Positions 34,101-48,079 of a stretch of DNA of 64,000 nt are shown piece by piece (position 1 is the stretch's first letter; each line of letters begins with the position of its first letter). This stretch comes from Podarcis melisellensis (taxonomy: Eukaryota), in the NCBI GenBank assembly GCA_964234715.1, contig OZ174282.1, one strand, 5' to 3'. Made by a program: the position numbers and the translations under genes. The notes under the pieces were generated by a model that was given only the letters and a program-made list of their open reading frames with translations, did no database searches and had not been told where the DNA came from.

Positions 34101-36884
34101 TTCAAAGTACTTTATAGTCTTCATATTTGTACCTGTAGAAGTAGGACTATTGTTTCCATTTTACAGATGGCAAATGTATATCATGGCAGAGACAGGAGTC
34201 AATCTCAGGTCTACCAGATTCAGATTTGCAATACTATCCACCCACTCATGTTTGCTTTCACTGTCCATTTGGCCTTTGACATTTTATTTCATGTTCAACT
34301 TGAAATTTGTGCCCTACAATGACCTTCAGGGCAAATTCCAATGTTGCAAAGTTACATAACTTTACAAGTGTGCAACTGCTGTTTTTGGGGTGTGCACATA
34401 TGTACAGGGTTGCAAACTGAATGAAAAATTTGTGTTCTTGTGACAAGTTACTCATGGAGATTTTAATTGCATTCTTATATGCCCAGAGGAGAGATGAATA
34501 GCTCAAAAGTAATGCATACTACTCTCCATCATGTTTCTGCAAGTGGAAATATTTTCAAGCAATTGGCAAGGCATGGTTGTAGAAACTTGGCCTTCCTATA
34601 TTTGGCAGTGCTCCTATCTTTGTTTATTACTAGAATTATATGGCTACTTATCAACACATGTTCCCTGGGTAGCATACGGGGCAGAGAATAAAATGCAAGA
34701 TAATAATTACAAGCATCAAGAAAGATAATAAAATGCAGCATAGAGCTTTTTAAATAGCTCAGTAAAATAAAGCACACTTACACAATGAGAGCCCAGAATT
34801 TGCAAGTTTAAAATGCTAGGTGTTTAAAAGGCCTGGATGGCTATGAAGATCTTCACCTGCTGCCCAAGAGACAATAAAGTAGGTACTAGGAGGGCCTCTA
34901 TTTGGAGGTTATTCTACAGCAAGTGTTCTACAACCAAGAAGACCCTCTTCCTAATAGTCACTTGTATCACTTTACAGGGGCACACAGACTCCAGTTCTAT
35001 CAGCCAGCATGGCTAGTGGTCAAGGACGATGAAAGTAGGAACCCAACTCCATCTGGAGGGCCTCATTTTCCCAACTCTTGCTTTAAAGTTTCAAAACACC
35101 ACTTTAAATTCAGCCCAGAAGCTAGTGAAGCTGATAAAACCCTGGCATAATGTAATTGAAATGGCCAGCTCCAGTTAATAATCTTACGGTCCTATTTTGA
35201 ACCAACTACAGTTTCTAGATAATCGTTTAAAGGCATTGCAGTAGCTGGAGATTACCAGTGTGTCTGTATCCATGGCCAAGCTACCCCCATCCTCATATGG
35301 TCATAGCTGGTGTATCAGATGAAGGTGATTGAAGTTGTTTTGAACCACATAAGCTCCTTGTGCTTCTAGTGACAATGTTTGATTCCCAAACCTTTGTGGG
35401 GAGTGCAGCCCCTTTCAGAACAGTTTGAACACCAACCACCAAGAAAGACCCACCAGCAATACCTCCTTTGTCTGAACTGAATATCAGTTTAACCCCTATC
35501 CAGTCCTTTACTGTACCTTAGCACTGCTTCTGGAAGTGATAAGTCAGTGTCTGTGAATCAAGTGTTCACCAAGATTTCTACCCTGACCCATACAAAGTCC
35601 TGCAGTTGCATAGGACAACTCACTCCTTGGCTAAAAGCTATTCCAGACGAAATTTCTTGGCAGGCAGTATGTAGCTTGTTGATAATACATTGTTTATGCC
35701 TAGTTTAGAAGGTTTCAGCAGTGCTTTGTCTTACTCATTTTTGTTGATTTTTCTGCAAATTGAACATCTTTCTTAATCCTTCTCCTTTCCCAAGGAACTT
35801 GGCATAGTAAGAATGAAAAACTCAGCTGACTTATCCCGCTGGGCAACACATTGAGCTATGTAACCTTCCAGTTCTTACATTCCCAGGGATGAAATTCCTA
35901 AATGACCTTGTCAATTCTTTGAAATGAAACTTGATAACAATCTGAGCTTTGGTGTAGTATTAAAAGACTTACTAGACTGTTTTAACATCAAATATCAGTT
36001 GATCAAGATTGCCCAAACATTTCTTTAAACTCTGCTTTTAATAATAACAAAGTAAAGAAATGTAGTTCAAAATAGCCAAAATAGGTTGAGTCTGTCGACA
36101 CAACCAAATATCATGGCTTAAAAGGACAAAATTGAGATGCAAATCATGTTTTGGCTTCTTTTGGCCATACAATTGCATTGATACGCAACTAGGGATAATT
36201 GCAAATCATGTGGTCATATTCTCTCTCACTCTCACTCTTACTCTCTCTGGTAGTTCAGTATTAGTACAGGGGAATCCTGCTTCCACAGGGGTTCCTGGCT
36301 GCCACATGTGCCAGTGCGATGGGTGCAAATCCAGTCCATCCCGCTCTGCTGCGTTCTGCTCCCACCCTGCTCCCTTTGAGTGCTGAACACGGCATGTGTG
36401 TCAGCAGTCATGCACATGCTGATCGCACACGCAGGTGGGAAGGTGCCTGTATTACTTTAGGAGGCATGGCAAGAAATATTTTAAATCCTGTTATACTAGC
36501 ATCAAATGTATAGGTGACAAGCTTACTACACAGAGATGATGAAATTCATAAGCTTCAGTGCCAGGGATTTTTCCAGCGCTATTGTTACAATACCAGTACT
36601 ATCTACTTCTGGTGTTAAAATTGAGCATTGGTTGATCATATCTATACTTTTGTCAGGAGTATGTACTGCTAATAACCATTAATCACACAAGGCCAGATTC
36701 TTTTTTTAAAAAAAACCCTATTATTGAAGTTGCATGTAAAAAAGATGCATTTAAAGATACAACTATTGACTCAGTATAGAATTTATGGGGAAATCTGCTT
36801 TTAAAGTGGTGGCATTTATTTAAGCATTTCCCTCGAGTCTAGCTTTAATGAAGAAAAGATCATTCAAATGGAAATATTTTGTGA

Positions 36885-37109
36885 GGTAAGACGGTGAATG
36901 TTAGGGTGTCGGACTAGGACCTGGGAAACCAGGGTTCAAATCTCCACTCAGCCAGGAAGCTCCCTGGGTGACCTTGAGCCAGTCATTGCCTCCCAGCCTA
37001 ACTTCCCTCACTAGGTTGTTGTGGAGATTAAATGAGGACAGGGAGAACCACGTAACCACTTTGAAGTCATTGAAGAAAAAGGTGGGATACAAATGCAATG
37101 AATGAATGA
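36885..37109 (+). mobile_element. MIR-like / CORE-type tRNA SINE
   Basis: B-box gggttcaaatc, core gggtgaccttgagccagtca...ggttgttgtggagattaaatgag, (gaat)n tail. Confidence 0.7.
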
Positions 37110-38561
37110 ACAGCATGATAAGAAAAACTATGCAAATAGTTTATAATAGCAACTGTTGAAAATTATCCTTTTTTTTCTTAAGTTATATAAGAATTAATGT
37201 TGAAAATACTGTATTGGAATTGTCCTTCAGATCACTGATATGTCGGTTTCTCTGTTCTCCCATTGGTGAAAGTAATATTTAAAGAGCTGATTCTTGTCTG
37301 CTGAGACAAAAAAAATAAAAATTAAAAATTTGACCCTTCTCTAGCTAAACGTAGTAGTGACTACGGCCCAAACCAAATGTAATGGGCCAACCATGTTTGC
37401 ATTCATGTGTGTCCCCTAGTCACACTTAAAGCAAATGTGTGTGTCTTTTCACCCCTATCTTTATTATTTTTGCGTGAAAAACAGTGTATGGGCATGGGGA
37501 GCAAAATCACACACCCCACCTGCCCATATCTATTCAAGCAGCATTTTCACCAGCCTGACTCACTTTCCCTTAATTATGTGATGGGTTGAGAGAAAAGCAC
37601 TTGAAGCATCAGAGCAAAGTGAAATATGGTAGACTAAACACATGGCTAAGCTTCATTCCCCCCTTAGTTCCATTTCATGTGGATAAGGCACCCCGCTTTA
37701 TATGTGAATAAAATTATTGCATTTGTCTGGTGGCATGCAATTTAGCCCCAAGTTCCATTGAAATTAGTGGAGAAAGTTAGTTGCCACTATCCCATTATTT
37801 TTTGTAGGACTTTTCATTGGATTTGGGCTTTTAAGTTCAAGGTGTGTTAAAATGTGCTCCTGAGTTTGAAAGACGTAATACAAAAATAGAGTACACAGCA
37901 AATTCTCAAGATGAGCTGTGAGTCTGGCTTCCTCCCAAACAGACATGAATACTGAAGGATTAATGCTGGCATAGCTGTCAGTCTTGACTCTTGCAGGCTT
38001 TGAGTAAGCTATCTTTTTTTTTTTTTAAAGTGTAAAACTGCTTCAGGCACTGGCGGGGAAGGGGGACAGAGTTTCTTGGTGTCACTATAGGGATCAGCCA
38101 GTTGATGCAGTGTGTAGCCAGCTGCTGTGTTAAACTTCCATGACTGTTGTTTTTTTTAAGAGCCTGACCCCAGTAACCGATAGGTGTGTTTGTATTAAAC
38201 AAAAGCAATTTTTTTCTAAAAATATCACACAGGTCTTTTCACTAAAAGTAAGAGATGCTTCTTTGTGAACGACAAATCTCATGGCCTTCAGTGAGTCTTT
38301 CATGTAATGATAATAACTAGCTAAAGGCTTTGTAAGAAACTCTTACAAATTACTCCAGAATTCATTTATATTCAGTATTCTTTAAACCTAGCATTGCCTT
38401 CAAAATGACTTGCAGGCCGCTTACTTTTCTACAGCCGTCTTTTTTGAGTTTGAAATAATACATTTATTGTGCAAACTGCACTAAAGGCAGCTTGGGGAAC
38501 CTTTTATGAAGTTGAAATAAATAAAAAAATTGTCCAGTAGCAGTTGGTCTCTAAGGTGCTA

Positions 38562-38917
38562 AAGGTAAAGGTAAAGGGACCCCTGACCATTAGGTCCAGT
38601 CGTGGCCGACTTGGGGGTTGCGGCGCTCATCTCGCTTTATTGGCCGAGGGAACCGGCATACAGCTTCCGGGTCAGGTGGCCTGCATGACTAAGCCGCTTC
38701 TGGCGAACCAGAGCAGCGCACGGAAATGCCGTTTACCTTCCCGCTGGAGCGGTACCTATTTATGTACTTGCACTTTGACATGCTTTTGAACTGCTAGGTT
38801 GGCAGGAGCAGGGACCGAGCAACGGGAGCTCACCCTGTTGCGGGGATTCGAACCGCCGACCTTCTGATCGGCAAGCCCTAGGCTCTGTGGTTTAACCCAC
38901 AGCGCCACCCGCATCCC
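38562..38917 (-). mobile_element. Sauria SINE, full length
   Basis: reverse complement of the 44383-44740 copy; 13-bp TSD CTCTA(A/C)GGTGCTA at 38549-38561 and 38918-38930. Confidence 0.92.
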
Positions 38918-40391
38918 CTCTACGGTGCTACTGGACAATTTTTTATTTTTATTATTTATTTTGACTGTGTCAGACCAACATGGCTACCTACCTGAATCTT
39001 TTATGAAGTAATACTGAAAGTATTCTAGAACACTTGTGTTTGAACTTCTAACTTCTTGGAATTATATTATTTATGTAGGTTTCTTTCTTTTTTAAAAAGG
39101 GAAATCTTAAATTATAATGAATTATTAGTGACGTAGCAGAAATAGTTGGGGTTGGTGCAAATGACCCTACAAGCAGGGCTCCACAGCTGCTGGCTGAGCT
39201 TGGAGCTCTCAACATCCCCTTGTTGGTTGACGCTGCTTGGAGCTTGGGAGGGGGCTGATTGGGGAGAGGGTTTGCCTGTGTGGTTCTACATTGCCAGTGC
39301 ACTCCAGGTGTCTCACCAATGCACCATCCGAAAAGACGCCAGCCTTCTTCCCAAGCTTGGAGCTTGGGAGGGGGCTGGATATCTCCATGCGCCTGTTGGG
39401 GCAGAAATTACGCGGCTCTACAGTTCAGGGGAAAAGCTGGGGGCTCACCATTCTTGCCAGACGTGTACAGCACACTTGGCCATGGTGAGTGAAGATGTGG
39501 AAGCACAGTTGCTACGTTGTTCTTATCAAAAAGGCTCAAACCTTCTGATGAATTTTAAATTTTTTTGAAATTAATCTTGAGAATTAAGACAATGTGCCAC
39601 TCTTCCGTTTTCTCTACGATTCCAGTCCATGCAATACTGGTGACACTGTTCTTGTTGAATGGGTGCCTCTGTGGCAGACATCTCTGATCAGGAAAGGAAC
39701 ACAAGTAGCCATCAGTGTCAGAGATTGTTGCCTAGGACAAGCACTGCTGTCTCCATAGCCCAACTACCTTTCATACTGAGATATATCGCTGGGTTTTTTG
39801 TTTTTGTTTTTAAAAAAAGGTAAATTAAGAGGTGGCTGACTCAAGTGTTTCAAAAACAACAGCAGCAGCAAAGGAAAGAACTGTTTTGTGAATTCTCCAA
39901 ATTTACACAAACCTTAGTTAACACTGTTCAGTTATAATATTGCATTAATTACATTTTAAAAATACATTGTTTCACAATAAAGGTTCACTAGTTCGTGTCT
40001 GTATCTAGGAGATGTAGCAGCTCTGCTGATAATGTATCTTTTTTGTTCTAGCAAGAGGTAATGCTTTCAAAATACTTGATCTCTGGTAAGTTTTAAAAGC
40101 AAGACTGAGGGAGTTTTTTTAAAAAAAAAACAACACACCAAACATTTTGATGTTCTGATTGAGGGAGTAAAACACCCTAATCCTCAAGATTCCCATCAGT
40201 CCTAGCCAGCATGACCAGTAGTCAGGAATGAAGGGCAATGTAATCTTTGAGGCAGCCCCTGCGAGAGCATCTGCCTTGGTAGTGGTGCCTGCAACAAAAG
40301 TGAGGTGGAGGCTGAATCCAGCAACTTATATGTAATTGATGAAGCTCATCATCATGGGTTATACAGCTCTGCCTTATGTTGAGGCAGAATA

Positions 40392-40650
40392 CAGTGGTAC
40401 CTCTGGTTGCGAACGGGATCCATTCCGGAGGTCCGTTCGCAACATGAAAAGAGCGCAACCTGCAGCAGCGCATCTGTGCATGCACGGGTTGCGATTGCTG
40501 CTTCTGCACATGCGTGTGGCGTCATTTTGCGCTTCTGCGCATGCACGAGCGGCGAAACCCGGAAGTAACCCTTTCCAGTACTTTCGGGTTGCCGCGGGAC
40601 GTAACCTGAAGGAACATAACACAAAGCAGACGTAACATGAGGTATGACTG
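40392..40650. mobile_element. Tc1/mariner (pogo/Tigger-like) MITE, related family
   Basis: TA|cagtggtacctc...gaggtatgactg|TA; shares ttccggaggtccgttc with family A. Confidence 0.8.
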
Positions 40651-43600
40651 TAGTGTTCAATAGGAAACTACTTTGCTCCCCAAAGGAAGTTCATTTTTCT
40701 ACCTTTGTGGGTGGTGTGCAGCAACATCTGGAGAACCACAGGTTCTTCACCCCTGCCATAATTCAGCCAAGTTTGACATGTTTGGAGGAATGCATACTAT
40801 GCTAAATGACTGTCAGTTTATTATATTTTATGCTGTCTTTTTAAAATACACATGTCCCCATTATGAGCTATGCTAGAATTAGCATTTCTGTGTTCAACTT
40901 TGGATATAAAGATGTACTTTGGAAACTATAAGTGGCACCCAGTGCTAGTCCTACTTAGAGTAGACCCATTGAAATGAACAGACATGGGTAATAGGCCATC
41001 TGCATTTTGAGAAGATGACTTTCACTCAGTAAACTTGCTGCCAGTGCAATCTCCATACTCCGTGTCTATTGTGGTATAAATTATTTAAAGATAGGAACAT
41101 ATCTTCCAGAATTAGGAGAGAAGCAAAATCACAAGATGTGGCTTTCTACTAACATGCATTCTTGGGCTGAAATAAGTTTAATGAGTAGCAACTTGAACTT
41201 TAATCAGTTGGGAGAAACTGAATGCTGAAAGAATAATCTTCTTACCGCTGTTGTGTATTGACATGTTTGAAAATCATATGTTTCTGGCTATTTCAGATTA
41301 ACTATTAGTGCTGCTTTTCAGGATTCTTCAAGGTTTTGTTTGTTTGTTTGTTTGTTTTGTTCAAATACAGTTTGTGTGCATAGGTAGTAAAAAAACCTAA
41401 AAACTTAAGATTTAAAAAATTAAGATTCATAGGTGTCACCGCCATATTTTTAGGCACCTGCAAAATATTTAGTCCACACCTTAAGACGTTTGACTAAAGC
41501 CTACAAATTATAGAGGAGACAATTTCCCATTTGTCCCCAACCCAGTGGTTATAGCAAAAGCTATAAATGCATTTGAAAAACACACATCCAGGCATTTTGG
41601 CCAGTTGTGAATCCTGTGTGTTTGCCAAAATATTAACTGTGTGTGTGTGTGTGTGGTGAATCTTTATAGCTGAGCAGAGTGTGACTCTCAGACATTTTGT
41701 ATGTTCCTCAGGGTACTGAAATTCAGAGAAAGATTTACTGATTTTTGGCTGATTCCCTAGAAAATGCTAGTTATTTCTGACCAGCACTGTTTAGCAAAGT
41801 TTCCTGAATTAAGAGTTGTACTTACTATACTTGAAAGAACTGTTTATATCAGTGGCTGCTAGTTTTGTACTCAGAAGTATTAAGTGGAAGTTGAAAAGAG
41901 GGGGAGGGGGTGGAAACTTGATTGAAACTGCTAGTTGGATCTCCATTCCTCCATGTATCAATCCAAGTATTTATGACTGAAATAGGATATAGTTGTTTGT
42001 CCTACAGATTGTGGGTTCTGAATGTTGAAGGATGACAGAAAACCCAACTGACTTGTCATAGATGGTCACTTTAGGGCTTCCTTGGAGACAAGAAGACTTA
42101 CTCTAATGTTGGGAACATACTTCTACACTCTTCTTCTGCTATTGCTAGTAGAAATAGGTTTTGACCCTTTGTGGTTGGTTTTCACCATAAAGGCTTGCTG
42201 AAATCCATAATAACTCTTGTTTGGAATATGTGATTGCATTTGATGCCCTATTGTCTTTTGAAACATGAAGATGATTGAACTACTTTAACTTAGGAAAGCC
42301 AGTTAATTATCTAACCAGCTTTACTGAGTTTAAAAAAGTAGTTAAATCCAGGTTGTCTACCCCAAACTAGAGCAATGAAATTTACATTTTGGGGGAACTT
42401 AACACATATATTACAGCAGTTCTTAAAGAGGTAATCTTTTGTAAGTATCAGAACTCTCATTGAACTGCTTTAATATTGACAAATGTCCCCCAAACTGCAG
42501 AATTCATTGCTCTAAGCAAGGAGCAAACAACCTGGTGCCCTCCAAATGTGCTGGACTACAACTTCCATTATCCTGGACCATTGAAGCTGGCTGTGGCTGA
42601 TGGGAGTTGGAGTCCAGGGCATCTGCAAGGTGCTGGGCTGCCTACCCCTGCTCTAATCTGTGCACGACTGCTGCTATTTGGAAATTTAGGAAACTTGTTC
42701 ATTGCATTAGTGTTACGTGTGAAGAAGTTACAAATAAAACTAGCATGGTAAAATAGGCCTGAGTCAATTGAATTTTATTGATGTTCAGTTATATTATTTA
42801 GTTATATTTGTTTCCTCTCTTTTTTGTGAGTAGATCTTTGCAGCTTCACAACTTACCTGTGAAAGTAGATGAGCCTGAGAGAGAGCAACTTGGTCACCTT
42901 TTAAAATTATCCCTCTGCTGCTAGAATTAGACCTGAAATGAGTCTCTAATACAAGGCTTTTTGGAGTTGGGATCGGATTTTTTTGGCATGAGGGTCACAG
43001 CTGGAGGAGGAAATGGTTAGCCCTTACCTTCCCAGCTGTGACCTGCCCCCCAATTCCCCCATGCTTCAGTCAGCCATGAAAAAACCTTGCCTTGACTGCA
43101 GTATAGGGTGGAGGAGTAGGGTGAAGTGGGGAGCCTGGACACATGCTTAGTGTAGATGCTTAGTTGGCAACTCATAAACTTGACAATGAGTACTTTGGAG
43201 CACCTTTAATAAAACAATTGCTCAAGTAAACTCTAAACGGTTTGGGTTTTTTTGGCTTAGTTCCATATCTTGATAATTCCCATTGTTTGTGTATCATGGT
43301 GACTTGTAACATTTTCAAAAAATAGAATACTTTTCTTATAAGCTTCTCTTTTTATTTGCATTTTTTCTTGATTCTGAAACTTTTGGAAAGCTTTGCATGT
43401 TTTCACTTATGGTGAAGTGGACCATAGTGAAAAGGGGAAAAAATTGTTTTCTGAACAATGTGATATGTAACCAGTGTGCTTTTTAAAATTAACTCGGGAA
43501 AAGAACTCCTAGAAGAACATTGTAGACATTCCATAAATATAGCTAGTTAACTCAAGAGAAGTCTGCTTTTTCATCAAAAGGAAGCAGTTAGATGCACTAG

Positions 43601-44382
43601 TTCTTGCTTGAGAAAGAGAGAACTGTGGGTTCTTGTGGAGTAGACAAAAAGCAACCAACACTAACTTGGCCAGAATTTTTTGCATTCTGTATCCTGTGGC
43701 TACAGCAACTCTGGATGTGTGTGTGTGTGTGGCTAACCATTTATATTTATCCCAGAGCCTGATGTGGGTGACTTCCATGCTCTTTAGGCTCAACTTCTCC
43801 GTAATTTTTAATGCTGATAATTGGGTATAGGCTAAACCAGGGATGGGAAACCACTTACTCTCCAAATGTTGGATTCCAGCTCCCATTAGCCCCAGCTTGT
43901 ATAGCCAATGGCCAGGTAGGATGGAGCTGTGGTCCAGCAAACATTTTGAGGGTTCAACTGTTGTTACACTGGCACAAAATTTAGAGTAGGTCCCATTCCC
44001 TCTCCTTCAATCCTTTCATCACACCCTTTCCAGGGCAGTGTTCCTGCAGACATGCAATAGGCGTAAAAGCTGGCATATATTTATTTAACTTATTTCCAAA
44101 CTACAGTTTGTATAATTACCTGGAACATAGCCAAGCTTTGAGTTACTGCTCAGAAATGTGATGTAAAAAATGGCTATTCACCCATTCCTCATAGGGATGA
44201 CACTTCTTACTGGAAGAATCAAGCAGGGTCCTCAAAAGCCATTTGCCTAAGAAATGGCTGCCTTGGTCTGAACAGTCATAAAGGTTGGATAGTTGGTATA
44301 GGGTTCCCCGTATACTCTGAAACTCTCTGCCCGTTGATACCTGGGGTGACACCTTTGCTGCATTGTTCGAATCCCCGCGATG

Positions 44383-44740
44383 GGGACGCGGGTGGCGTTG
44401 TGGGTTAAACCACAGAGCCTAGGGCTTGCCGATCAGAAGGTCGGTGGTTCGAATCCCCACAACAGGGTGAGCTCCCGTTGCTCGGTCCCTGCTCCTGCCA
44501 ACCTAGCAGTTTGAAAGCATGTCAAAGTGCAAGTACATAAATAGGTACCGCTCCGGCGGGAAGGTAAATGGCGTTTCCGTGCACTGCTCTGGTTCGCCAG
44601 AAGCAGCTTAGTCATGCTGGCCATATGACCTGGAAGCTGTACTCTGGCTCCCTTGGCCAATAAAGCAAGATGAGCGCCGCAACCCCAGAGTCGGCCATGA
44701 CTGGACCTAATGGTCAGGGGTCCCTTTACCTTTACCTTTA
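44383..44740 (+). mobile_element. Sauria SINE, full length
   Basis: GGGACGCGGGTGGCGTTGTGGGTTAAACC head, GGTTCGAATCC B box, CCTTTACCTTTACCTTTA tail. Confidence 0.92.
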
Positions 44741-45452
44741 AAAGCTTTTACTTTGGGGGGGGGGAGAGTAGATCAGCTTGTTTTTTTACCATTTTGATTT
44801 GTATTTTTAATGTGTGCTTTGTTTTATGTAAACTGCTTAGATGTTTTGATGGTTTAGTGGCACGCAAATCTGGTTAAATAAAAAAACAGAAGGAAGTCCT
44901 GTTGAAATCTGTGAGACCAAAGACACAACTACACTTACCCAGCAAAGTGTGGATTTCTGGATGAGGGGCAGTTGTGGGTTACCTGTTAACCCCAGGATTG
45001 CCTCCTCTCAACCCACACCTCCTGCACAGCCTGCTTTTTATCTCAGAGCTTGAAAAAAATAAGATGAACATTGTCCAGTGGAAGGAGTTGCAGAGATGAA
45101 TCTTGGGGTGACAAAAGTATTAAAAGAGTCCCTCCTGCCTGCTAGTATCCTGCCTGCCAGTATTTCTCTGCAAATACTTCGCCTCAGCATAGCATTTTGA
45201 GGCAAACACTAGTTTGTACATTTCCTTTTCCCTTTATGAGTTGTAGGTCTGCTCTTATAAGTGATTTTAAATTGTTTGAGACTGCTATCCTTACCAGACT
45301 TGGGCTGTAATCCAAAGCACACGTAATGTGTATGCAAGTCCCATTGAACACAGTTGGACTTACTTCCAAGTATGCATGTACAGGATTGGTGTTAAAGATT
45401 ACAACTGAGACACTGTTCTTATTTTAGTCATATTACTGTGTAATTAGTCTAA

Positions 45453-45635
<183 letters not shown>

Positions 45636-47366
45636 TAAATATTTCTATGTCTGCTTGATGATTGGGATGTTCCTCCCCCCCCAAAAAAATTCCACAACTA
45701 GAAAATGTAAGCCCTAGAATGAAAAATATGTAAATGAGGCAAATATGAACAATTTCAACCTCAGTTGATATTAAGGTTATGATTTGTTGTGCACTTATTC
45801 TCAGACTCAGTGTGTTAGGAGCATATTAGAAGAAAGAACAAATTCCTGTACTGAATGGAATATCACTGGAGATTGGAAGCTCCAGCAGCCAAAGTTTAGC
45901 AGCAAGACTGATGCCTGGTGTTTTTGTGTACTAGGGGTTGTGGGTCCGCAAATCACCCCTTACATTCCATTTCACCACTTGCATGCAGCAGTTGCCTTCA
46001 ACTGCATAGAAGGAAAGGGAGCAAAGGTAAAGGGAAGAGAGATAGATATGCCCCAAAATAATTGTAAAACAAACAAGCTGCTGAATTTTGGCTATGATGA
46101 GCTTTGGGTTTTATTCTGTAGCTGCATAAATTCTGTGACTTAAGTGATTTGCAAAAGAGTAACATGTAAGCAAAACTTGAGGGACTGTTTAATATGTCCT
46201 TTACATAAGGTAGTAAAAGCATGCTCTGAAAGCTGGTTGAAAAATTCATTTAGTTGCTTACTGGCTTAACAGACAAGCCATCTTCACTGGCAGTAAGAGC
46301 ACCTGTACAAAACCTGCCTGCCCCTTCCCTCTACTCATTCCTAAATCCATACTTTTCCTGTTAACTTGATCCAGTCATACTTGCCGTCCACATCTGGACT
46401 GAAATGAAAACACTGCAGTCTTATATTCCATAGAAATATTTCCTGTGGCTGCACAATTCATAGAAAGCTCTTGAACCCTGCCTCCTTTTTAGGGAAGAGG
46501 ATTTCTTTCTTTCTTTCAGGAGTTTGCGTACACTCGGTGTGTTTAAGAAAAAAGATAAAACAGGATCGATGGCATTAAGCAAGCATTTATTAAAACTATG
46601 CCTTTATTTATAGAAGCCAGCAATTGTGTCATTTGCTCTATTGCTCCAGGGAATGTGCTTAGACGGAAACATTCCTAGTAAGTGAGAACTGTTCTTGGCA
46701 TCAGCTGGGCTCCACCATAAGAGTGGCTGAGAGAGGCTTTAATTATCCTGGGGTTGGGACGACAGCACAGCTGACATGAAGAGGAAACATGTTAGATTGG
46801 TTTTGAAAAAGAAAGTAAACCTTGTTAAAAAGAACAAACAGTACACCATCGCATTTTAAAACTCTAAATTGTCCTTAGCATGACGCCATGCAGTTTCCTG
46901 CATAGGAAGCCTGGCGCATGCTTACAAACACTGTTATTAAATGTGGGGTGGCTAGGAGGGTGTGCACATGCCAAGAATCTTTCGGCATCTATCACAGTGA
47001 CTCTCCCATGTCCACCAAGGAGCCTTGGATAAGGAGCACAGCTAGAGTTATGCCTGGATTTGCATCACAGAGTCCTCATAACTTAAAGGGCTTTCTAATC
47101 TCTGCACACTAGTATTTACACTAAGTCCAGGATCAGTCTTATCACTGATCGTTTCTATATAGCTGGTTCCATTGAAAGAGAGTTTCAATTATAAGGTGAC
47201 CCAGGGTCCTCAAAGCTGAGCAGAATTAGCTCTCTCAGATAAAACCTTGTGTTGTTTTGACCACATTGACTTCACATTGTGTATTGCGTAATTACGATAA
47301 GAGTGTGTGAAAGTTCAGTACAGGAAAACCTGCTGGAGGAAAGGGTTTGGCCTCTGAAAACTGATC

Positions 47367-47578
47367 GGAGGAGCCATAGCTCAGTGGTTCAGGTCATGTT
47401 TTGCATGGAGGAGGCCTGTGGTTCAAACCTTGATGTCTTCAGTAGCAAGAATCTCATAGAAGATAAAAGATTTCTCATTGCCTAAAATCCAAGAGAGCCA
47501 CTGCCAGTCAGAATAGACAATCTTGAGCTAGATGGGCAAATAATTCTGGCCTAGTAAAAGGCGGCTTCCTATGCCTCT
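47367..47578 (+). mobile_element. old tRNA-derived SINE with CR1-like tail
   Basis: A box tagctcagtgg, B-box-like ggttcaaacc, tail ...aaggcggcttcctatg. Confidence 0.6.
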
Positions 47579-48079
47579 AAAGATATTGGCTTGCAGGGCA
47601 AAGGGAGAGCTACCTGGGGGAGTTGTGCAAGATGGGTGGATCCTGGCTTGCTTTGTCTGTTTCAGTAGAAGGAAGCTTCATAAGTTGATTTGGCAAATAC
47701 TGTGCTCCTTCTTAAAAACAAAGGTTGAATACGCTTTACAAATCCTGCGGGAAAGGGGTGGGACATACGACTGGCTATTTGGATCCCGAAAACCACTGGG
47801 TTCAAAATAATCCTGAAGGTCACTTCAGGTTCTGCAGAAAAACTTGTGTGCTGCTGCGGCCTTCCCCAAAGAGCACATCTTGTCGATTTAAATTGTAGTT
47901 TGGAGAACCTGCAGTTACTGTGATTTGTTTGTGCTGGAGCTGTTTTCACACTGTGTGTGTGTGTGTGTAGTGACTGTGTTTTCTCTGTTCTGCACAGCTC
48001 AGCATGATGACGACACAAAATGTCTAGTTAGCCAATCTGTTTGAAGAGAGCTGTTAAATTATGGCACGTGAAGGATATA

